Positions 29,201 through 38,355 of a stretch of 64,000 bases of DNA are shown here, one piece after another; the first letter of the stretch is position 1; every line of letters begins with the position of its first letter. The notes beneath the pieces were generated by a model that saw nothing but the letters and a program-made list of their open reading frames with translations, had not been told where the DNA came from and made no database searches. This stretch comes from Lingula anatina (lineage: Eukaryota > Animalia > Brachiopoda): positions 14,322,001-14,386,000 of the forward strand of contig CM120646.1 in assembly GCA_051362555.1 (NCBI GenBank). Direction: 5' to 3'. The position numbers and the translations under genes were made by a program.

Positions 29201-32200
29201 TGACACTTGTAAGTGAACATAAAGTGAAACAGACATTCTGGTTACATGTTTTCAGGCCTGATACAGTAGGTATGCGAAAGTACATACATTTCCAAGTCTT
29301 CCTAGTAATTATGATGGCATATGCTTATTAGTAATGCTTGAAAATAAAATATTATCATCACCACTTAATGTTTTTGGTGATGTTGGGTATAATTTTTAAA
29401 TCAATCTTGATATATATATCATTATAATTTATTAAGCTTTGTTTTACCTGTTATTTAGCAGTGGACAAAACGTCCTTCCACGATGCCTACTTGATTTTTT
29501 TAATATGCAAAATTTTCAAAAAACATCTCATGTGACATTCTCATTTTTCTCATTCTGGCATTTTCAAAGCGAACTTGAACTCTCATTGACCTTAAGCCTT
29601 ATGCTTGATACATATTTTACTTACATTATAATTTAATGTTGAATTTGCAATTAAGCATAATGTATTTTTGCATCAGAACTGGCAGTAGCCTATTTTGTGC
29701 TTTGTTATTTTCTGCTTTTTGTCTGTACATTTGACAGCTTTGCTGCCTTGTTGAGACCATGAAACTGACAACTCCATGGTTCTAAAAAGGAGATGCAAGC
29801 ATCGCTATGGTTGCAGAATAAATGCCCAATGATTGGTCAGTTGTCAGTATGTTTTTTAAATCTCTTTAACAGGACTACGAGACACAGTAAAAATGCCGCC
29901 CAGTGTAAAGGGGGCTTTACAAATTCAGTGAAACTTCTTAATCAAATGTCTATTAATCCAAAGACACAAATCTGCCCATAATGATTTGATGCCTGTACAT
30001 ATATATTTCAACTACTCTCCTCATATTAAATATATAGCTGTTATCATTTTCTCTACATTTTAAAAATTTAGTAGATTTTTATAGTCACACACAATGCGAA
30101 AGGTTTTAAAAACATCAGGAAAACAGAAAACATATTGCAGATTAATTAGTGAATATATTTCTGATTTTTAATAATTATTGTCACAAAATTGCCATTTTCT
30201 TAAAATCTATTATTATGATATTTGGGGAAGGGAGACAACCAAAAAAAAAATTACTTTTTTACTTTGTTTTACTTCCAAGAAAAAGTATAGAAATTGTATC
30301 TAACTTTAAATACCTAAGAATTATTTTCTAGAACCAGATTGGACAACTAAAATATTGAGAAATTGTAGGAAATGGGTATTAAAGCAAATAGCCATGATGC
30401 ACTGCTAAATATGGAGACCACAAATAATCAGTGGACTGCAAACTAGATAATTTCAACAAGGCAATTAAACCAATTGTTTTTTTTATGAATTTAAAATATA
30501 GAGCCATTGTAATTAGCAACTCATTTTTTTGTGCAACTATTTATTCAAGTTATAATGGTCAACTCTTAATATCAAGGTATATGATGAACTTGGTTGATAC
30601 TCACTCAAGGTTAACGTTTAAATCAGAATGGTTACTTTTTGGGCAAAACTTCTGCATTGTACTTAATTAATTACATACATTGTGTTATATTGTTTCTAAT
30701 TATAATGCATCATAGTATATTTTTGAGAAAAAATTTCCGATGAAAGTATATTTAAATAAAAAGGCTATTTAGGAATTATACAAAAATATATAATAAAAGT
30801 ATATAGTGTTTAAAAAATATTGTTTTTCATACTCTCAAGGTCCAGTTTGTATGAAAATGGAGAAGTGAAAATTTTTGTTCAGCAAAAGAACTTAATAAAT
30901 ATAGCCTTAGGAATTACAAACATCATTTAACTATAGAAAAGTACCTGTAAAAATTATCTTATAAATAATCATTTTTTCATGTAACATGTAACACCAAAGT
31001 ATCTATTGAAGTAGGAATGGAATAATAAAGTAAGAGAACAAAGAATCTGTACCCTATGCCAGAAAAATGAGATTAGAGATGAATTCCATTCTATTTTCAA
31101 TACTGTACTGCTAATATTATTAGATATTATAGAAACATGCATTTAGCTTAATATCATTGTCAGCATGCCAATGTTATGAAATTATATCACTTATTTAATG
31201 AAAAAAAAAATGACAGCTTTTTGCAGAATTCAATAAAATCATCATAAAGAGAGTCTCTTCTCCAGGTTATATTTGTGAATTATCTCTACACTGTTACCAG
31301 TTTATGAGAATAAACTAGTCATAGTATATGATTTATGAGAATAAAATAATCAAAAAATCTGTAGGGACTGGCTTATGATGTAATTGTCAGATAAAAGAAC
31401 AAATCTCTATTGGTTATACCTTGTATGTTATCAAATGATTAACTGGACATTCCATTTTACTAATTTCATGTATATAATTATTGAAAATGACCATGCCCTC
31501 CCATCATCACATTTCATTATCAGTCACCTGACTATTTAAGGTTTAGCATAAGGTTGCCTCTGTTTTAATCATCTCAAATTGTACTATGATTTTGAAGCTA
31601 GTTAAATTTTACATCCATATCATCATGAAAATTCCAGTAAAATGATGGCATTTAAATAACAGCTATTGGAATATGTATTTCAGGTAAATTCATTTCAACT
31701 TTAGGATGATCTTGGAAAAGGAGATTGGTGTTATGGCTCACCTGTCTCTACTTGTTGCCCTTGTTAAGTGCCCTTTCAAAATGATTAGATAATTTGTTTA
31801 AATAAACTAAATGACTGAAATAAATTAAATTACAATATTTCCTGAATCCTACCTCTTTATCAATCAAAAAGCAAAAATAAACCAAAAAATTACAGGATAA
31901 ACAGCATACATCTGTACGTGTTGAACAGCTATGACAGGGGAAGAGACAGTGACTAGATAATATACACTGAGTGTATATCAAAATTCTACTCGGCTACTAT
32001 TTTTTTTAAACCTATATAGCTCATAACACTACCAAATTGAAGGAAATTCAATTTAGAAAATATTTAATTTTTGCTGCAGACAGTGATCCCAATCAGCAAA
32101 ACTACACTAAAACATACCCATTATTTGTTGAGCTAGATTACTAAGAAATAAATTAACAAAGGAAGCAACATAACACTCTTGATTAAAGTTCAAATAATAA

Positions 32201-32986
32201 CGATAAAAAATGAATTGGTAAACATTTTTGGCATAGAGTATGACTTTGCTATTCATATCATCAATTCTGCTTACCTGTGTGTCCATTTTTTGCAAGAAGA
32301 ACACTCAATGACGTCATAACTGCAAGCTGTGGAGCAGACACTGCATGGGTAACGAATCTTCTTAGGTTTCATGTTATAGTTGGTTTGACATGGATCTTGG
32401 AACTGTATACACAGGGCTCCACAAGGAAACTGAACTAAAACCTGCACTGTAGGTGGACTTTAAATACAGCCCGACAGTCAGGTACTCTTTGATTGGTCAT
32501 GGTCAAATTGAGGGGCAATTAATTTGAAAGATGAGTACTTACCTTTAAGCATTATCACAATATCTTCCAAAAATGTCACTTGTTCATAAGAACAATGGTT
32601 AAGCCACAATCTTAAGTCTGGCTTACCTGTTACTGACATCAACTACTCACCTGTCACAAATTATCTTTATCTCTATCAACTAGCAAAAATCAAAAACTGG
32701 TTATTAACACCAATGGTTAACTGGCAATCTCAAGTTCAGGCCTCAGAATCAAAGAAACACTTACCTGAGATTTTTTCATATCTCTTTTAGCCTGTAAAGA
32801 TCACTTTTTTATTTTATTTTACACTTTTCACAATATGACCCAAAAACTTACAGCTATAACTTAAGACGCAACAAGCTGATATGTAATCCCCTTCTCCCCC
32901 TCTTCATTTAGATCTATGTGTCTTGATCTAAATACCACTGTGTAGACATCACACCTGCTTCACAAAAAAAAAAAAAAGAAAAAAAA

Positions 32987-33038
<52 letters not shown>

Positions 33039-34962
33039 TTACATTTACTAATAAATATATCGAACATGTATATGTCTTGTATGCGTAACTACCATACTTT
33101 GTGAAAAATACTTTCCTTAAATGCATTTAAGTAAAGCCTGTTACAATGGATATATTCAATAAAAAGGGTAATAAAGATACAAATATCATAAGACCTGATC
33201 TGGTAGAGATCTGATAGCAAATATTTCTCTTCATCTCACTGTCTAGCTAACATAATTTAATAGACAGAATCAGATTTGATGGAAAAGCATCATTTAAACA
33301 AGGTGCAGATCTATTATTAAATATTAACTTCACAAACTATCAAGAAGCAAGAATAATATTAACCAAGACAATTGAGCACTTAATTATCTTCATAAAAATT
33401 CCTGTTAAATGAAAGAGTAATTTTAACACACTTGGTCGAAGTCAATTTATATTCATAAGAACAATGGTTAAGCCACAATCTTAAGTCTGGCTTACCTGTC
33501 ACTGACATCAACTACTCACCTGTCACAAATTATCTTTATCTCTATCAACTAGCAAAAATCAAAAACTGGTTATTAACACCAATTGTTATCTGGCAATCTC
33601 AAGTTCAGGCCTCAGAGTCAAAGAAACACTTACCTGAGATTTTTTCATATCTCTTCTAGCCTGTAAAGATCACTCTTTTATTTTATTTTACACATTTCAC
33701 AATATGACCCGAAAACTTACAGCTATAAATTAAGACGCAACAAGCTGATATGTAATCCCCTTCTTCCCCTCTTCATTTTGAAATCTATGTGTCTTGATCT
33801 AAATACCACTGTGTAGACATCACACCTGCTACACAACTAACCGTTTTTGCTATTCGCTTAATCATAATTGAATAATTACCTGTCATCATGTTTTATAAAG
33901 GAACAAAATCTTGGTTAAAATGTGTATAAGAACCCGTTATTCACACCATTAGTTTCAAACAGGTTTATAATTTAATACACTTCTCACGTTTTAAAAACTA
34001 TTTGGGTTTATACAATATTTTAAAATAAATTTAAGCTAGTAAATTGCTATTTTACTGTTGTCTGCTAGGGCCTTATATCATTCATAATTATATCTAAAAA
34101 ACAAGGAGTATTGTATCCAATCACCCAGATTTCAAAGCAGTTCTAGACATAAAACTCCTCCAATGTTTTAATTTGCAAATATTTTAGCTGTCTGCAGTTT
34201 GTATGTTGTCTGCTAGAATCACTAAGATAGGTGGCGCTTCACAAGACAGGACGCTAGATCCGGCTACGGAAATCCAAGATGGCGGACGAAGTTTCGTATT
34301 GGAATATTTGTGTATTAAAACCACTGCAAAGTGACTGGATTTCTTATTTAAGGACATTTCAAGCGCTTTTGGTATCAGATTAGGCATATATGACTTTCAA
34401 TATCTTATTATTACTTCCATTAACCTGTCTTTCCTTGTCTTTCCGCGTCTTTCCTTGTCTTTCCGCCTTTAAGTACCACCCTGGCAAATTTGGACCTTAG
34501 ATATATTTCATTTGTTGTCATAATGATAATCCAAGCTAATACTCAATGCTCCGGACACATTTACCATCACTGTGGATTATAATAAATCATTTGTACAGTA
34601 TGTATTCAATCCTTCAAGAAATAGTCTATGCAAATATCCGTTGCTCCCATGCCCATTCTGAACCCCCCCCCCCCTCCCCCCCATCCTTTCACATAGCCAT
34701 ATCGCATACCATATCACCAAATGCCATTATTAACCCAATATCATAACAGGAATCCCACCTCAACTCGTTTCTTGAAATCCTCCTCTTCCACGTACTCATA
34801 CCAAGCATTCTTCAAGTCTGTCAGACATATCTCGTACGTGTTGTCTTGGAAGTTACACTTCACAAAGAATAGAGATTCGTGATCACTGAAATTGATTCGC
34901 CTCCATGGCTTGGAAGTTAATGTCGGTGTCCACGTCCTCCTCCATTCTAATTCGGCAGTCAT
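17222..34962 (-). CDS. NHEJ1: Non-homologous end-joining factor 1 (XLF/Cernunnos), 8 coding exons, ~351 aa; intron 1 (20266-34758) hosts a transposon
   Basis: Exons 34962-34759, 20265-20169, 19643-19516, 19089-18951, 18683-18622, 18337-18202, 17849-17662, 17323-17222 give 1056 nt in frame. Head-domain motifs are PW...YEICLTDLKNAWYE...KRVEKLNPNMEAP and LEGVPFVWKFHL. The coiled coil reads KNKEIEDYKTQG...RKHIETAPFDE. The basic C-terminus KKKKKLGL* resembles the XLF Ku-binding motif. Confidence 0.88.
22264..22556 (+). repeat. Left terminal inverted repeat of the MULE element
   Basis: Begins CGGTTATACTTAAAGGCGGAAAGACAAGGAAAGAC and is the reverse complement of 34189-34481. Weaker similarity continues to ~22611 / ~34141. 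Confidence 0.92.
22871..22971. mobile_element. 101-bp MITE nested inside the MULE
   Basis: TIRs CAAGCCCGTAGCCAG and CTGGCTACGGGCCTG (1 mismatch) surround an internal poly-C tract. TCTTT flanks both sides (22866-22870, 22972-22976). Confidence 0.7.
23790..24260. repeat. ~220-bp tandem duplication downstream of the transposase stop codon
   Basis: The block GAAAACATTGCTC...TAAATGTACGTTCA.ACAATAAATACAAA.TGGCAT.TGTACCAACT.GCCTCATTACCAAATTAAATCTGATGCATA occurs at ~23871-23971 and ~24090-24189, with partial flanking copies. Confidence 0.8.
24293..32372 (-). CDS. PHD finger + OTU-like protease + MULE DDE transposase fusion protein, 2 coding exons, ~971 aa
   Basis: Exon 1 (32372-32275, MKPKKIRYPCSVCSTACSYDVIECSSCKKWTHR, phase-2 donor AG|GTAAGC) joins exon 2 (27110-24293, acceptor TTTTTCCAG|G). 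The join gives QCVPMSESLFEEWSSEELDFICGKC and completes a C4HC3 PHD. OTU motifs are DGNCLYRAVS (Cys 26792-26794) and PDHFV (His 26375-26377). MULE residues are GVDKTFN (D 25220-25222), GMDDEKAL (D 25013-25015), CQRH, and TNNNAESVNH (E 24656-24658). No stops or frameshifts. Confidence 0.9.
26224..26335 (-). repeat. 3 x 39-bp coding tandem repeat (13-aa units) in the transposase linker
   Basis: Encodes PIVLVDSDENDTT / PIGLVDTDENDAT / PIGLVDIDENDIL. The DNA unit CATTCTCATCA.TGTC.ACCAAACCTATGGGAG repeats at a 39-bp period. Confidence 0.9.
28852..29031. repeat. ~66-bp direct repeat pair (period ~114 bp) in the transposase intron
   Basis: GAATGTCAGGTAACTGTATTGATTGCAAT.AAGGAAT.ACTT.TCCAGGTAACTTCTTTGATCAGA occurs at 28852 and 28966. 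Confidence 0.85.
32431..32497 (-). promoter_or_regulatory. Putative core promoter of the transposase gene (CCAAT, TATA-like, Inr)
   Basis: On the minus strand: CCAATC at ~32491-32496, TATTTAAA at 32466-32459, and Inr-like TTAGTT with its A at 32436, which is 30 nt from the TATA-like box. A second Inr-like TCAGTT has its A at 32431. The ATG is at 32372. Confidence 0.5.
32583..33836. repeat. ~385-bp near-identical direct repeat pair inside the MULE
   Basis: TTCATAAGAACAATGGTTAAGCCACAATC...GTGTAGACATCACACCTGCT occurs at 32583-32965 and 33452-33836. The copies are separated by poly-A, (TA)n and unique sequence. Confidence 0.9.
34189..34481 (-). repeat. Right terminal inverted repeat of the MULE element
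   Basis: Ends ...GTCTTTCCGCCTTTAAGTACCACCC and is followed directly by the TSD TGGCAAATT. Confidence 0.92.
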
Positions 34963-35247
34963 TTTGGGTGGGATTTTTTCAGGAATTTCTCAATTATTTG
35001 GCAGGATGACTATCCTGGAAATATCATAAATAAAAATTGAAAAGAGTGCTTGTGTAATTCAAGTTTTGCACGCGGTATACGAATGTCACGTACCTGTCGC
35101 TTCTACAGTTCTTCGTTTCACTTTAGATCTAGGTCAATGCTCACTTCGGGCTGGTTGAAAATGGGATGAATTGATTTGATAAAATACCTCTATAAGTGCG
35201 GAAATAAAAGTGGCCTATTTTTGGCTTTGGATCATAAACAGTAGGGT
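34963..35247. promoter_or_regulatory. Bidirectional promoter region shared by NHEJ1/XLF and GGACT
   Basis: The divergent ATGs at 34962 (-) and 35248 (+) are separated by 285 bp. A probable short XLF 5'UTR intron is present (minus donor CAG|GTACGT ~35093, acceptor TTTCCAG ~35014). An ETS-like GCGGAAAT lies at ~35198. Confidence 0.6.
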
Positions 35248-37139
35248 ATGGCCTCCCTAACTTTACATCGTGTTTTCGTTTATGGGACGCTTAAAAGAGG
35301 TGAACCTAACCACCATGTTATGACTAATACTGAAAATGGGACAGCAAAATTCGTTGGAGAAGGAAAAACGACAGAATCATGGCCACTGGTTATTGCTTCC
35401 AAGTACAACATCCCGTTTCTACTTCATTGCAAGGGCAAAGGGCAGGTATGGTATGGGGTGATGAAAATTGAAATAGCTTAAAAATAATGTTTAAATAATT
35501 TTATAAAAGTAAAGTGGAAGTATTACGTGTCTGATAAGTAAAATTTGTCAGATGTTCAAAACATTTAATTAAATTTAAATAAATTCTGATTGAAAATGAA
35601 TTTAAAAGTAAATTAAATTGAGATACTGAGTACTAGCAATGTTACATGTAGTACTATAGTCATAATCAAAGTAGTAGTAATAATAATAATAATAATAATA
35701 AAAATAATAATAATAATATATTGAAGATCACACTTATGAGGGGCTCATTACAGCAAGAGATGGTAGTGTATTTCAGTTCCCAAGAGCAATCAAGATTTTA
35801 AAAAAATTATGGCGAACTGGAAAATAATGGGGTTTGGATACAGTGTTTTGATTGAATCACGATTAACAAACAAGATGAGGTTAAAATTAATAACTAGGAG
35901 TAAAAGATACTGTAGGTGGAATCAAGATATGTTTTCATGAGGCACTGTGTCTCCACTGTTATGCTTTACCTCCACCCCCCCACCCCTGAAATAAGAAAGA
36001 AACAAACAAAGAAGGAAATAAAAAGAAATAAATACTTCCTTTACCTGTAAACCACCCATCATCCTGAGGATCAGAGTCTGATGTAGAATTTCTCTTAAAA
36101 AACTGATTATAACTTTGACTTGATCTCATAGATACAATATTAATAATATTTTTTTGCAACAAAAAGTACTAGTAAGTTAGTAACTATATTACTAAAATGG
36201 TATTTCTAAGAAACACTTAACGTGAAAACATTTTCTAAAATACATTTTAAAGGACATTTAAAAGACATTTTAAGAGCTGCTTGGGTGTATTTGATAAAAC
36301 CATAAAATTACTGAAAAGTTACCCAAGGTATAAAAGTCCTTGAGGCTCTCACTTTTAATATCTGGGTACTTTGTAGCTTATAAAACTGTTCTCTTCTTGT
36401 TGGTTAAAGGTGGTGGATTTTGTGCTCACTAATACCTAACAACCATTTTTATCAGCAAAATGATCCCACTGCTTACAGCATGACTTTGCATGAATATTTT
36501 GTGCTGGAAAATGGCTTTCAAACACTAACAGATATGGTCCATCTGCTTTTGTTTATTTGCCCTTTGTTTTTACCTATTTCTATGTGGTTGAGAGGCTTGG
36601 TATTAAACTTTGTGATATCAGCTGTTTAAATTTTAATGATATTTCTTTGTTTAAAGTATTTGAAAAAAAAAAGACAGCGGTAATGGGTTTATGACACTTT
36701 TATTTTTTTTCTTCAAATCTGAAATGTACAATTTTTTTCACAGCTGTCCATAAGCTGACAAACCTTTTATTTCCACTCTTTTGATAGGTATCTTTGTATT
36801 TTTTTCCATTTTCAGCTTGTCATTGGAGAGGTGTATGATGTTGATGATGAAAAAATGAAGGAGTTGGACCTTTTAGAAGAATATCCAAAATTTTACAACA
36901 GAATAAAAATCCCAGTATACATTTTAAAAGATAAAGATGATGATTTTGGAAACGATAAAGACATTTTGTGTTGGGTGTATATTTTAGAGAAGTTCAAACC
37001 ACATTTGTTAGAGTTGCCATTTTTGAGTAATTATAGCTCCAAGGGAGAGCACGGTCTGGAGTTTTGTATTGACGCTACACATCCCGAGTCTGCAGATCCA
37101 ATGATAAACCTCAAAAATGAAATAAAAGAGATGGATTAG
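35248..37139 (+). CDS. GGACT: Gamma-glutamylamine cyclotransferase (GGACT/AIG2-like), isoform A using the proximal last exon, ~173 aa
   Basis: Exon 1 (35248-35445) has HRVFVYGTLKRGEPNHH...WPLVIASKYNIPFLL and a phase-0 donor. Exon 2A (36816-37139) follows TTTTCAG and reads LVIGEVYDVDDEKMKELDLLEEYPKFYNR...CWVYILEKFKPHLLELPFLSNYSS. Confidence 0.8.
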
Positions 37140-38355
37140 GATTTTTGTCAGACAACAAGATACTGATGTGTTTATTTAGGAAAGTCACAAAGAAAGTCAC
37201 AAAGAATATTACTTTTTGTAATCACATTTACTTAGCATGTAATGCAGCATGAATATTGATAAACTTGTTTCATTATGCTTGCATGACACATTGATTTTCA
37301 CCAAAAAATAAAAAGAAAGAAAAAAAATTGCATGGTAACAATTTGTTTTCCAAACAGGCCAACTACATACTGGCAAAGTTTCATGTTCCAAAATTTACTT
37401 GTGGTACCAACATGGACTACTAATTCTTCTGTATAACATTGCTCTTTTTCTGCTAGCAAAAAGTTAAAGATGCATATTTCAGGAAAATTGAAAGTCATTA
37501 TGATTCACAACTAGTGACATAATGATACAATCACATCCAATCTTATTGTCCTATATATATTTAATTATGTTTCAAAACAGCATGGGTTGTGGTTATGGTT
37601 TCTTTACTGGTTAATTGCATGTTGAACCATGCTTGTACTCTGTGTTCTTTGTTATCTTTTAACTAACATTAATTTACCAAGTACTCGATATATCTGTATA
37701 CTGAACGAGTTTTGGTACAGAAGTGGGCATTTTGTTTGACATATTGAATCATCTTACAGGATTATGTATGAAATATCAGGATCATAGTATAGTATTTGTA
37801 AAATGGTTTACTTAAAAATATTCTCAAGTTAAGTACCAGTAGATTTATACTATATATGAAATAGTGGGAGCTTTGTGTTGCGAGAAAGAAAGAGGAGCTT
37901 AATTAGTTACTATTATAATAGTAAGAGAAAAATATTTTATGCCTCTTACTACATATGCTGCCCTTTCTACTATCAGACGTGCTGATATAATTTCAAATTA
38001 GACTTCCATTAACTCATTTCAGAGGGTATTAGGAGAAGTACATGAAATAGACGACAAAATGAAGGCATTCCTAGATGACTTTGAAGGCCACCCAAATTTC
38101 TATGAACGAGATAGAATTGGCATTGAGTTTTTAACTGAAAGGACTGGATTGGAATCTGGGTATGTGCCATCAGTGGGTGAAGTGATCCAGTGTGAAACTT
38201 ATTGGCTAAAGAAATTTAAACCTCATATGTTGGAAAAACAATTCCTAGAGAATTATGATGCAAAGGGACCACACAATCTTCCTTATGTGGCAAGGTATGC
38301 ACGTCATCTAGAGCATGCTACTTACAATGTCATAACAGATGTCAGACAATCCTGA
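35248..38355 (+). CDS. GGACT: Gamma-glutamylamine cyclotransferase, isoform B using the distal last exon, ~176 aa
   Basis: The same exon 1 joins exon 2B (38023-38355, acceptor ATTTCAG, phase 0). It reads RVLGEVHEIDDKMKAFLDDFEGHPNFYER...CETYWLKKFKPHMLEKQFLENYDAKGPHNLPY. The FLDDFE catalytic motif is as in vertebrate GGACT. Confidence 0.88.

Larger units (their letters stand above)
22264..34481 (-). mobile_element. Full-length Mutator-like (MULE) DNA transposon, 12,218 bp
   Basis: A perfect 9-bp direct repeat TGGCAAATT sits at 22255-22263 and 34482-34490. Inside it are TIRs 22264-22556 and 34189-34481 (about 15 mismatches and no indels by eye). The internal gene encodes an intact MULE DDE transposase. 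A 9-bp TSD with long TIRs is typical of Mutator elements. Confidence 0.93.
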
